A stretch of 64,000 bases of DNA, from the NCBI GenBank assembly GCA_007376405.1, contig VMGD01000001.1, positions 2,891-66,890 on the forward strand, read 5' to 3'. Source of the stretch: Microgenomates group bacterium Gr01-1014_7 (lineage in GTDB: Bacteria > Patescibacteriota > Microgenomatia > Daviesbacterales > UBA10151). Both the position numbers and the translations under genes were made by a program. The notes beneath the pieces are model-generated. The model was not told where the DNA came from and made no database searches. It saw only the letters and a list, made by a program, of their open reading frames with translations. Within the stretch, counting starts at the first letter, position 1. Each line of letters opens with the position of its first letter. Below are positions 8,781 through 17,655 of this stretch, piece by piece.

Positions 8781-9208
8781 AAAATCCGAAAACTAACAAC
8801 CAAAGAGAATTTTTACCAACTTTTGCTGACTTAGTTGATACTCTTTCCATTGATCAGATCAAAGAGATTAAACTGAAAAATAAAGAAAGCTACGCTCAAG
8901 AAATGAACAAGATCTCGTATGATATTGATTTACTTATTAAAGAAAAGGATATCAAACCGTCTGCGAAACTGATCAGACTAGTAATTATAATTGCTCAAGT
9001 GAATCTTTTTATTTGGGAAAACAAGGATAAAATGAAACAAGATCCGAAACAATATGATAAGTTACTAAAATTATCCCATCAGTTAAATGGAATAAGAAAT
9101 AGAATGAAAAATCTATTACTTGAAGAAAGTGGCGAAAAAGAACCGAGCAAAAAAAGAACCAATATTGAAACTGAAGGTTTAAAAGGTTGGGAAAGCTCAC
9201 TTAAATGA
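8777..9208 (+). CDS. Hypothetical protein (143 aa, charged, probably helical)
   Basis: The ORF is translationally coupled on both sides (ATGA overlaps). I recognise no motif. Confidence 0.5.
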   Translation: MKNPKTNNQREFLPTFADLVDTLSIDQIKEIKLKNKESYAQEMNKISYDIDLLIKEKDIKPSAKLIRLVIIIAQVNLFIWENKDKMKQDPKQYDKLLKLSHQLNGIRNRMKNLLLEESGEKEPSKKRTNIETEGLKGWESSLK

Positions 9209-10311
9209 TCTTCCAAAAACTTGGTTCCTCTCAGACTACCGTTTCAGTGTTAGGTTTGGGGACTAATGGTGTTGGTAATTTTTATCAGCCAAACTTAACC
9301 AAGGTTCGTTCCCGACAAAAAATATATAAGACTGCTTTTGAAAACGGTCTGATCTTATTTGACAGTGCCGAGCTATATGGAGAGGGATACGCTGAATTTA
9401 TTTTGGGAAAGACTTTTTCTAGAAAAAGAGACCAAATAATTATTTCAACCAAAGTTAATCCTGATAATTGCAGTTCTTTTAGGTTAAGAAAATCCCTCAA
9501 AGATAGCCTTAAGCGGTTGCAGACAGATTATATAGATCTCTACCAGGTTCACTGGATTAACCCTTTTATTGATCTTGAAGAAACTTTTATTACTTTGGAG
9601 CAGTTTGTAAAAGAAGGCTACATTAAACATATTGGAGTCTGTAACTTTTCTCCATTAATGATCTCTCAAGCTAATAAGTTTTTAAATAAATATAAGATTG
9701 TTTCTAATCAGATTGAGTTTAACCTCCAAAGCCAATATCAAATGCTTAAAGATTTTCAATTTTATAAAAAAAACAATATTACTATTATTGGCTATGGTGC
9801 CTTAAATCATCTTAACTCATTCTCATCCCCAAAGCAGAAACAGCTTATGGAGTTTTTAACTAAAAAATATAAAAAAACTCTTTCCCAATTAATAATCAAC
9901 TATCTTACCTCTTTTAAAAATACTATCCAACTTATAAAAACAGATAATATTACCCATTTACAGGAAAATATTAGATCATTTGATTTTGAATTGGAAAAAA
10001 AAGATTTTGAAGAAATTAAAACAAATTTTTATTATCAAGTTCAGTTTGTCCCAGTTAAAAAAATTAAAATTGAAAACGAATTAAAAATTGACCGTTTCCA
10101 AATCCTACAAAATAGTGAAAACTTTATTCCCTCTCCCCTAACTATAGCTCAAACTCTTGTTAAATATGGTTTTTTTAAACCTTTGAAGTTAATAAAGAAA
10201 AACGATTTTTTTTATCTTGATTCTTATGATTTACAGGGGGAATATAAAAAATACCTGGCATGGAGATTAATTTATGATATATCAAGTCAAATTCCAGCAA
10301 TAGTTATCTAA
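9205..10311 (+). CDS. Aldo/keto reductase (AKR) with a ~95-aa C-terminal extension
   Basis: LGLGTNGVGNFY, FDSAELYGEGYAEFILG, IDLYQVHW and GYIKHIGVCNFS are canonical AKR motifs. It carries an extra C-terminal region shared with the downstream paralog (FFPSP...IPAIV). Confidence 0.85.
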   Translation: MIFQKLGSSQTTVSVLGLGTNGVGNFYQPNLTKVRSRQKIYKTAFENGLILFDSAELYGEGYAEFILGKTFSRKRDQIIISTKVNPDNCSSFRLRKSLKDSLKRLQTDYIDLYQVHWINPFIDLEETFITLEQFVKEGYIKHIGVCNFSPLMISQANKFLNKYKIVSNQIEFNLQSQYQMLKDFQFYKKNNITIIGYGALNHLNSFSSPKQKQLMEFLTKKYKKTLSQLIINYLTSFKNTIQLIKTDNITHLQENIRSFDFELEKKDFEEIKTNFYYQVQFVPVKKIKIENELKIDRFQILQNSENFIPSPLTIAQTLVKYGFFKPLKLIKKNDFFYLDSYDLQGEYKKYLAWRLIYDISSQIPAIVI

Positions 10312-10312
10312 A

Positions 10313-11422
10313 ATGAAATATAAAAATTTAGGGGGTACTAATGTAAAAATAAGCAGTATTGGTTTAGGTACAAATTTTAATCCCTACCATCCCGATACTA
10401 ATCAGAAATTAATCTCTCTTATGCAAGAAGCCTTAAATTTGGGTCTAAATTTTTTTGATTCGTCCGAACTTTATCTTAATGGAAACTCAGAAAAATTAAT
10501 AGGTCAGGCATTTAAAAAAAGAAGAGGTGAAGTCTTTATCTCCACCAAATTCTCTCCAGAAAATTGCAGTTACGAGAGGGTGGTTAAGTCTTGTGAAGCC
10601 AGTTTAAAAAGATTACAGACTGATTACATTGATTTATATCAAATCCACTGGCCAAATCCCATTATTCCTATTGAGCAAACTCTAAAAGCTTTAGAAAAAT
10701 TAAGAAAAGTTGGGAAAGTAAAATACATTGGCGTGTGCAATTTTTCTCTTAGACAATTAAAGCATATCCAAAAAGTATCTAAATTACCTATTGTCTCTTT
10801 GCAAACAGAATATAATTTACTTGAACGATCAATAGAATACGACCTACTCCCCTATTGCGAAAAAAATAAAATTACAATTATTGCCTATACACCTCTAAAT
10901 TCAGGTAATATTTTAAAAACAGAAAAATATTTAAAGATATTTTCAGATCTGTCTAAAAAATATAATAGAACTGCCTCCCAAATAATATTAAACTTTTTAA
11001 TATCCCACCCCACCGTTGTTGTTATACCTGCAACAGCCAACATCATTCATTTAGAGGAAAATGCAAAGTCTACTGAGTTTGTGCTGGAAAAAAAAGACAT
11101 TCAACTTCTCACAAAAACATTTACTACAAAAGTAATAAATATAGATACCGGAAAAATTAAGGTTACAACTATTCCCCACCATGCTGCATATAAAACAATT
11201 GAAGAAGCCTTAACAAATAAGTTAAACTTTTTTCCAAGTCCAAAGACACTTTCGGAAGATATCCAAAAAGGAGATTTTTTAAAGCCTGTTAGGGTAAAAG
11301 TTTTACAAAAAAAGAAAGGTGATTTTGAATATGAATTATTAGGTGGTAGAATACGCTATTGGGCATGGGTTATAGCTTACCATGGTAAAAAACCCATACC
11401 CGCTATAGTTGAAAATTCATAA
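10313..11422 (+). CDS. Aldo/keto reductase (AKR) with the same C-terminal extension, paralog 2
   Basis: IGLGTNFN, FDSSELYLNGNSEKLIG, IDLYQIHW, KYIGVCNFS, with a C-terminal FFPSPKTL...KKPIPAIVENS tail. Confidence 0.85.
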   Translation: MKYKNLGGTNVKISSIGLGTNFNPYHPDTNQKLISLMQEALNLGLNFFDSSELYLNGNSEKLIGQAFKKRRGEVFISTKFSPENCSYERVVKSCEASLKRLQTDYIDLYQIHWPNPIIPIEQTLKALEKLRKVGKVKYIGVCNFSLRQLKHIQKVSKLPIVSLQTEYNLLERSIEYDLLPYCEKNKITIIAYTPLNSGNILKTEKYLKIFSDLSKKYNRTASQIILNFLISHPTVVVIPATANIIHLEENAKSTEFVLEKKDIQLLTKTFTTKVINIDTGKIKVTTIPHHAAYKTIEEALTNKLNFFPSPKTLSEDIQKGDFLKPVRVKVLQKKKGDFEYELLGGRIRYWAWVIAYHGKKPIPAIVENS

Positions 11423-12184
11423 ATGCCAAAAAAAGATTTAACTAAAATTAAAGTATATAACAGTGAGCATGAAACCAAGATTAGACAACAAATTGTTGAT
11501 CTTTTAAAAAGTTGTCCTATTCCTGACGATCAATTGATGTCTAATTTAGGTCTATTTTTAAATTCTAAAAATTTATCCCGTATACTTTTTGTGGACCATA
11601 TCTTCAAACAAATTGTGGATATCCCTGGGGCTGTCTTTGAGTTTGGTACAAGATGGGGACAAAATATAGCACTCTTTTCAGCACTTCGGGGAACCTATGA
11701 CCCGTTTAACAGACACAGAAAAATTGTCGGATTTGATACCTTTACGGGTTTCCCGGAAATTAGCCCAAAAGATGGGGATTCAGAGATGATGCAAAAAGGA
11801 AATTTAACTTTAACAAAAAACTACTTTGAATATTTAACAAAAATTATGGAATACCATGAGCAAGAAAACCCGCTATCCCATATCAAAAAATATGAACTAA
11901 TAAAAGGAGATGTTAATTTAGAAGTTGTTAGATATTTCAAAAAACACCCAGAAACAATTGTGGCTTTGGCTTTTTTTGATTTTGATATTTATAAACCTAC
12001 AAAAAAATGTTTAGAGGCTATTAAACCACATTTAGTAAAGGGAAGTATTTTAGGTTTTGATGAACTAAATGATCCTGATTCGCCTGGTGAAACTTTGGCT
12101 TTAGATGAAGTTTTTGGGTTAAATAACATAAGGTTAAAAAGGTATAAGTTTACTTCACGTACATCATATTTTGTCGTTGAATGA
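11423..12184 (+). CDS. TylF/macrocin-O-methyltransferase-family SAM-dependent sugar O-methyltransferase
   Basis: GAVFEFGTRWGQN, IVGFDTFTGFP and ALAFFDFDIYKPTKKCLEAIKPHLVKGSILGFDE resemble the TylF-family signatures (VECGV..GGS; D.F.G.P; LDGDLYEST...GG.V..DD). Confidence 0.55.
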   Translation: MPKKDLTKIKVYNSEHETKIRQQIVDLLKSCPIPDDQLMSNLGLFLNSKNLSRILFVDHIFKQIVDIPGAVFEFGTRWGQNIALFSALRGTYDPFNRHRKIVGFDTFTGFPEISPKDGDSEMMQKGNLTLTKNYFEYLTKIMEYHEQENPLSHIKKYELIKGDVNLEVVRYFKKHPETIVALAFFDFDIYKPTKKCLEAIKPHLVKGSILGFDELNDPDSPGETLALDEVFGLNNIRLKRYKFTSRTSYFVVE

Positions 12185-12752
12185 ACTAGATAAAAAAATG
12201 GCTAAATTCTTTAAAACAAAATTAGAAGGTGTTTTACTTATTAAGCCTGAACCCTTTGAAGATTTTCGTGGAGAATATGTTGAAACATTTAATGAAAAAA
12301 TTTACTCTGAAGAAATTGCCAAGAATTTAAAAGGAACTATTTATCAAAAAGAAGCTTCAAGTTTGCATTTTGTTGAAGATGATATCTCAACCGGTAGTAA
12401 GGGTGTAATAAAAGGGATACATGGAGATACCAAAACCTGGAAACTGGTTCAATGTTTATTTGGAAAATTTTATCTGGTTGTATTAAATTACAACCCAAAA
12501 TCTAAAGATTATGGTAAGTGGGAAGCATTTACACTCTCAGACAAAAATAGACTTCAGGTTTTAATTCCGCCAATGTATGGTAATGGACATTTTGTCTTAT
12601 CTGAATATGATATATACCACTATAAACAGACTCCATACTACGATCCGGATAATCAATTTACTATTAAATGGGATGATCCAAGGTTTAAGATTTGGTGGCC
12701 AATAAAAAATCCAATACTATCATTAAGAGATGAAACCGTCAGAAGAGTGTAA
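12171..12752 (+). CDS. RmlC-like cupin: NDP-4-keto-6-deoxy-sugar 3,5- (or 3-/5-) epimerase
   Basis: KLEGVLLIKPEPFEDFRGEYVETF plus downstream histidine- and tyrosine-containing blocks (GIHGDT...LIPPMYGNGHFVLSE) fit the dTDP-4-dehydrorhamnose 3,5-epimerase fold. This matches RmlC and the C. jejuni DdahB/MlghB family. Confidence 0.7.
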   Translation: MSLNELDKKMAKFFKTKLEGVLLIKPEPFEDFRGEYVETFNEKIYSEEIAKNLKGTIYQKEASSLHFVEDDISTGSKGVIKGIHGDTKTWKLVQCLFGKFYLVVLNYNPKSKDYGKWEAFTLSDKNRLQVLIPPMYGNGHFVLSEYDIYHYKQTPYYDPDNQFTIKWDDPRFKIWWPIKNPILSLRDETVRRV

Positions 12753-13717
12753 TGAACCAATTTTTTGAAAAGAAAAAAGTACTGGTAGCAGGTGGTGCTG
12801 GTTTTATGGGTACTAACTTAATTTTAAAACTTCTTGAAAAAGGAGTAAAGGTTAGAGCAACAATCCATAAAAAACCTCCTCAAATTAAAAATTCAGAAAC
12901 TGAATTTGTAAAAGCTGACTTGACTAAACCATCTGATTGTAAAAAAGCTGTTGAAGGGGTTGATTATGTGTTTATGTGTGCTGCTAATACTTCAGGTGCA
13001 GCAGTAATTGAAAAAACTCCCCTTGCGCATGTGACCCCAAATGTAATCATGAATTCTTTAATGCTCGAAGCAGCTCATAAGGCAGGCGTTAAAAAATTTC
13101 TATTTATCTCAAGTAATACGGTTTACCCTTTAACAAATTACGCGGTTAAAGAAGATGATGTAAATTATGCTCTTTACGAGAAATACTTCCCGGTTGGGTG
13201 GATGAAGCTATTTAGCGAAAAAATGTGTGAAATGTACTCTACCAAAATTAAAAACTCAATGACAACCATAGTTGTAAGACCCGGCAACGTATATGGCCCT
13301 TATGATGATTTTGACTGGGAGAGTTCACATGTAATTCCTGCCCTAATTAGAAAAGCAGTAGAAAGACACAGCCCGTTAGAAGTGTGGGGTACAGGTTATG
13401 ATATTAAGGATTTTATTTATGTGGAAGACTTGGTAGAAGGACTAATTTTAGCAATGGAAAAAATTAACCAATTTGACCAAATTAATATTGGTGGAGGGGT
13501 ACCTATCACCATAAGACAAGTTTTAAAAGCAATTCTAAAAGCGGATAATTTTAGAAGCCCAAAAATTGTTTTTAACAGCTCAAAACCTACTATGATTCCT
13601 ATCCGATTAATTAATATAAATAAGGCTAGGAGGATTCTAGGCTTTACACCTAAAACTTCTTTAAAGATGGGTATCAAAAAAACAGTAGATTGGTATAAAT
13701 CATTAAGAAATGTCTAA
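12752..13717 (+). CDS. Fcl-like NAD(P)-dependent epimerase/reductase, paralog 2
   Basis: VLVAGGAGFMG, FISSNTVYP and VVRPGNVYGPYDDFDWESSHVIPALI...VWGTGYDIKDFIYVEDL show clear paralogy to the 7812-8780 gene product. Confidence 0.8.
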   Translation: MNQFFEKKKVLVAGGAGFMGTNLILKLLEKGVKVRATIHKKPPQIKNSETEFVKADLTKPSDCKKAVEGVDYVFMCAANTSGAAVIEKTPLAHVTPNVIMNSLMLEAAHKAGVKKFLFISSNTVYPLTNYAVKEDDVNYALYEKYFPVGWMKLFSEKMCEMYSTKIKNSMTTIVVRPGNVYGPYDDFDWESSHVIPALIRKAVERHSPLEVWGTGYDIKDFIYVEDLVEGLILAMEKINQFDQINIGGGVPITIRQVLKAILKADNFRSPKIVFNSSKPTMIPIRLININKARRILGFTPKTSLKMGIKKTVDWYKSLRNV

Positions 13718-14426
13718 TCCTTCAGAAATTTGTGTGGCAATTCTAGCGGGTGGGTTTGGAACTAGACTTCAATCAACAGTGAAGGGGAACCCTAAGGCCT
13801 TAGCAGAAGTTAGAAAGCACCCTTTCTTAGAATATTTATTGCATCAGTTGGATCAGGCTAATTTTAAAAAAATTGTTCTTTGTACAGGCTATTTAAGTGA
13901 TCAAATTGAGAAAACATTTGGAGAAAGGTATAAAAATCTGCGTCTTTATTATTCACCAGAACAACTGCCTTTAGGTACAGCAGGTGGTTTGAGAAAAGCC
14001 TTACCTCTCTTAAATTCAGAAAGTATATTAGTTATGAATGGAGATTCGTTTTGCGAGGTAGATTTTAAAAAAATTTGGCAGTTCCATTTAAATAAAAAAT
14101 CTAAAGCAAGTTTAGTTCTTTCATCAGTTTCTGATACCAGCCGTTTTGGAACAGTGAAGTTAGGAAAGAATGATAACATTATTGGATTCCAAGAAAAAAA
14201 AGGAGGAAGTGAAGCTGGACTTATCAATGCTGGAATTTACTTGATTAATAAAACTTTTATTGCAGAAATTCCTAAAGACAAAGAAATGTCATTAGAGAAA
14301 AATGTCTTCCCAAATTGGATAGGTAAAGGATTTTATGGATATAAAAGTAATAACAATTTTATAGATATAGGAATTCCTGAGAATTATGCTCAGGCTGAGC
14401 AATTCTTTGCTAAGTATCAATTATGA
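13710..14426 (+). CDS. hddC: D-glycero-alpha-D-manno-heptose 1-phosphate guanylyltransferase-like sugar-phosphate nucleotidyltransferase
   Basis: AILAGGFGTRLQS...PKALAEVRKHPFLEYLLHQL...LGTAGGL matches the HddC/GmhD-type nucleotidyltransferase N-terminus (LAGGLGTRL...PKPM..I.GKPFLEYL). Confidence 0.8.
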   Translation: MSNPSEICVAILAGGFGTRLQSTVKGNPKALAEVRKHPFLEYLLHQLDQANFKKIVLCTGYLSDQIEKTFGERYKNLRLYYSPEQLPLGTAGGLRKALPLLNSESILVMNGDSFCEVDFKKIWQFHLNKKSKASLVLSSVSDTSRFGTVKLGKNDNIIGFQEKKGGSEAGLINAGIYLINKTFIAEIPKDKEMSLEKNVFPNWIGKGFYGYKSNNNFIDIGIPENYAQAEQFFAKYQL

Positions 14427-14968
14427 AAAAAAAGAGATTTGTTTTACTTGATCGCGACGGTACAATAATTGTTGAAAAAAATTATTTATCAAATCCTGAT
14501 CATATTGAATTAGTTCCTGGAGCCGCGGATGTTTTAAAAAAGCTTAAGAAAGTGGGATTAGGACTGGTGATAATAACCAATCAGTCAGGGATAGGAAGAA
14601 AATATTTTGATTTAGCTACTCTTCGGAAAATCCATCAGAAATTGACAGATCTGCTCTTAAAAAATGGGGTAGTTTTAGATGATATTTATTATTGTCCGCA
14701 CACACCCGAAGATGACTGTTTATGTAGAAAACCAAAAACAAAACTGGTAGAACAAGCCAGAGATAAGCATAACTTTGATCCGAAGTTATGCTTTGTTATT
14801 GGTGACAATAAAGGAGATATTGAACTGGGAAAGAATATTGGTGCTACAACTATATTGGTTCGTACCGGCTATGGCAAACAAATAGAGAATGATGAATTAA
14901 GTCCTGATTATGTGGTTGATAATCTGGAAGCTGTACTGCCTATCATTAAGAATGAGCTCGCTTCCTAA
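14423..14968 (+). CDS. gmhB: D,D-heptose 1,7-bisphosphate phosphatase (HAD superfamily, histidinol-phosphatase-like)
   Basis: FVLLDRDGTI (the HAD DxDGT nucleophile motif), ITNQSGIGRKYF, and the C-x-C...CRKPK zinc-binding loop typical of GmhB. Confidence 0.85.
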   Translation: MKKKRFVLLDRDGTIIVEKNYLSNPDHIELVPGAADVLKKLKKVGLGLVIITNQSGIGRKYFDLATLRKIHQKLTDLLLKNGVVLDDIYYCPHTPEDDCLCRKPKTKLVEQARDKHNFDPKLCFVIGDNKGDIELGKNIGATTILVRTGYGKQIENDELSPDYVVDNLEAVLPIIKNELAS

Positions 14969-15968
14969 TTTTTGATCTTCTACTATTTTCATAAAAGACG
15001 TTATATCTTTTACCTAGATTATCCCTATTTTTCAAATACCACTCAATTGTTTCTTTAATACCCTCTTCTAATGAGTATTTTGGTTTAAAGCCTAATAATT
15101 TTTTGGCCCTGGTCATATCCATTAAGCGCTTAGCATCTCCTTTAGGTTTACTTTTATCCCAAACTATTTTTATTGGTCCATTAGGAACACTTTTGGCAAT
15201 CACTTCAGCAATCTGTTTGATAGTTACTCCTGATCCACTTCCTAGATTAACCGGTACATTGATTCCTTTTTCCACCGTTAGCATCATACCTTCCGCTACA
15301 TCTTTGGAATAAATAAAGTCCCTAATTGGTGAACCATCACCCCAAACAGTTAGGGGACTTTCTCCTGCCAAAGCTCGATTTATCAATGAAGGGATAACCA
15401 TAGCTGTGTTGGGATCAAAGTTATCAAAAGGACCATACGTATTTGCTGGTCTAACAATTGAGATCTTATCCCATCCATATTCAATCTTATAGGCTTCTGC
15501 TTGTAACTCCCCCATTCTTTTTGCCCATCCTGCAAATCGGTCATTTTCAGATGGAAAAGTTTTCCATACATCATCTTCATGAAAAATTTCAGCAAGTGCA
15601 TAGACACCTACAGTGCTAGTGTATAAGAACCTAGAAACCTCTTGACGGCGGGCAGCCTCCATCATATTGGTATTAAAAGTTATGGTGGGAACAAAAAAAC
15701 TTGCAGGTTGTTTTTGATTTAATAATGGAGATCCCTTAATACCAGCCAAATGGAAAACAATTTCAATACCTTTGCAAACATCCATACAATTACTAAATTC
15801 TCTTAAATCAGCCTTAATAAATTTAACCCCTTTAGGTGCCCGACTGGGATCATCTAAAGATACTACCACCACCTTAGCCCCTTCTTTAACAAGACCATCA
15901 ACTAAGGGTCTACCAATTAAGCCAGTCCCCCCTGTAATTAATATCTTTTTATTTTGGAAAAACTTCAT
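14946..15968 (-). CDS. Fcl-like NAD(P)-dependent epimerase/reductase, paralog 3
   Basis: ILITGGTGLIG and IVRPANTYGPFDNFDPNTAMVIPSLI...VWGDGSPIRDFIYSKDVAEG are very similar to the 7812-8780 product. The gene converges on the gmhB stop with a 23-nt overlap. Confidence 0.8.
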   Translation of the reverse strand: MKFFQNKKILITGGTGLIGRPLVDGLVKEGAKVVVVSLDDPSRAPKGVKFIKADLREFSNCMDVCKGIEIVFHLAGIKGSPLLNQKQPASFFVPTITFNTNMMEAARRQEVSRFLYTSTVGVYALAEIFHEDDVWKTFPSENDRFAGWAKRMGELQAEAYKIEYGWDKISIVRPANTYGPFDNFDPNTAMVIPSLINRALAGESPLTVWGDGSPIRDFIYSKDVAEGMMLTVEKGINVPVNLGSGSGVTIKQIAEVIAKSVPNGPIKIVWDKSKPKGDAKRLMDMTRAKKLLGFKPKYSLEEGIKETIEWYLKNRDNLGKRYNVFYENSRRSKIRKRAHS

Positions 15969-16972
15969 TTTTTTAAAGAATAATCTTCTTGCTGATCAAA
16001 AAAAATTATTTGAGAACCTGCACGCTCGAAGTTGAAAGGAACATGAATAAGTTTGTTAAATTTTTTTCTGACCTTAGCTTGATGGGATGGAGGAACAAAA
16101 AGTAGTATAAATCCTCCGCCACCTGCACCGATAATTTTGCCTCCAGTTGCACCCGCTGAGAGAGCATTGAGATATATGTCATCTATAAGGGAATTAGAAA
16201 CAGAGGAGCTTAGGGAGCGTTTAAGGCTCCAGGTTTCATGTAAGAGTTTACCGAAATCATTAATATCTTGTTTGCTGTTTAAAATGTTTAAAGCTTGATT
16301 AACCATTTCATTCATAGCAAAAAGTTGCTTTTCTTTTTGTTCGATATTTGGAATAAATGTTTTAGCTACATCGGACGCGGTACGGGCAATACCAGTATAA
16401 AAAAGCATTAAGTGATTTTCCAGGTCTTCAACACGTTTTGAAGGGATGGTAATTGGTTTAAGTGAAAAATTCCCATCTTTATGAAAGGTAATAAGATTAA
16501 ATCCTCCATAAGATGCTAACACTTGATCTTGTGATCCAACTGTTTCTTTAAGAACTCTTTGCTCAAGATAAATGCTTTCTTTGGCCAATCTATGTTTGTT
16601 TGGCATATGACCACCTAAAGCATACAAAGCGTGTAACAATCCTACTGTAAAGGCAGAGCTAGAACCTAATCCGCTGCGCCCTGGCAAATCCCCATCATAA
16701 TGAATTTCCACCCCTTGGCGAATTTTTAAAAAACGTATAACCTCACGAACAGAAGGATGGAGAATTTGATCAATGGTTTTGCAATTTTCAACTTTGGAAT
16801 ATGCAATCCTATATTTATATCCAAAAAAGGGGGGCATATACCTTGCATTGAGGTAACAATATTTATTAATTGTTGTTGCTAAAATCGATCCGCCATGTTT
16901 TTTATACCAAGCAGGATAGTCCGTGCCTCCACCAAAAAAAGAAATTCGAAAGGGGGTTCTGCTTATGACCAT
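15965..16972 (-). CDS. hddA: D-glycero-alpha-D-manno-heptose 7-phosphate kinase (GHMP kinase family)
   Basis: SRTPFRISFFGGGTDYPAWY...GGSILATTINKY...PGRSGLGSSSAFTVG...GGKIIGAGGGGFILLF match the HddA GHMP-kinase blocks. Confidence 0.85.
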   Translation of the reverse strand: MVISRTPFRISFFGGGTDYPAWYKKHGGSILATTINKYCYLNARYMPPFFGYKYRIAYSKVENCKTIDQILHPSVREVIRFLKIRQGVEIHYDGDLPGRSGLGSSSAFTVGLLHALYALGGHMPNKHRLAKESIYLEQRVLKETVGSQDQVLASYGGFNLITFHKDGNFSLKPITIPSKRVEDLENHLMLFYTGIARTASDVAKTFIPNIEQKEKQLFAMNEMVNQALNILNSKQDINDFGKLLHETWSLKRSLSSSVSNSLIDDIYLNALSAGATGGKIIGAGGGGFILLFVPPSHQAKVRKKFNKLIHVPFNFERAGSQIIFFDQQEDYSLKK

Positions 16973-17619
16973 GACTTACCTTTTTTACCAAAGAAATGAT
17001 GTTCTACCAACTCACATAATATGTGTTCAATGGCTATATGGGATTCTTGAATGTATTGAGTCATACTACTTGGAACACAAATAGCTACATCAGCCATTTT
17101 TTGTAGTTTACCACTGTTGCCAGTTAATGCTATTGTGCTTATATTGGCTGATTTTGCTGCTTTAACAGCAACAAGTATGTTTGAAGAATTACCGCTAGTG
17201 GAAATAGCAATCAAAAGGTCGCCAGGCTTGCCTAATGCTTGGACCTGACGTTTAAAGATATTTTCAAAACCTAGGTCGTTGGCGTGGGCTGTTAGAATAG
17301 ATGTATTAGTAGTCAAAGCAATGGCAGGAAAACCAGCTCTCTCAAATGTTTTGTTTAAAATACAAACAAATTCCCCAGCCATATGTTGAGAATCGGCTGC
17401 ACTACCGCCATTTCCACAAATCATTACTTTATTACCTGATTCGAATGTATCAACTATTAATTGGGCTGCTTCTAGAATTGATTCCAGACAATCCTCAGCC
17501 ACTTTTTTTTTAACCTGAGCACTTTCTATTAAGCGCTCTTGGACGAATTGGCGATGTTTATTGCTGATTTTAGTCATTATTTCTGGTAAGACTTTATCCC
17601 AGGAATGGGTAAATGTCAA
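16963..17619 (-). CDS. gmhA: Sedoheptulose-7-phosphate isomerase (SIS domain)
   Basis: VMICGNGGSAADSQHMAGEF...AIALTTNTSILTAHANDLGFENIF...ISTSGNSSNI align throughout with E. coli GmhA (CGNGGSHCDAMHFAEEL...ISTSGNSAN). The ORF-track start is a TTG. The true start may be the internal Met at about 17577. Confidence 0.9.
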   Translation of the reverse strand: MTFTHSWDKVLPEIMTKISNKHRQFVQERLIESAQVKKKVAEDCLESILEAAQLIVDTFESGNKVMICGNGGSAADSQHMAGEFVCILNKTFERAGFPAIALTTNTSILTAHANDLGFENIFKRQVQALGKPGDLLIAISTSGNSSNILVAVKAAKSANISTIALTGNSGKLQKMADVAICVPSSMTQYIQESHIAIEHILCELVEHHFFGKKGKSWS

Positions 17620-17655
17620 ATATAATAGCTCGACTTAGTTTAGGTAGAAGGAGGA

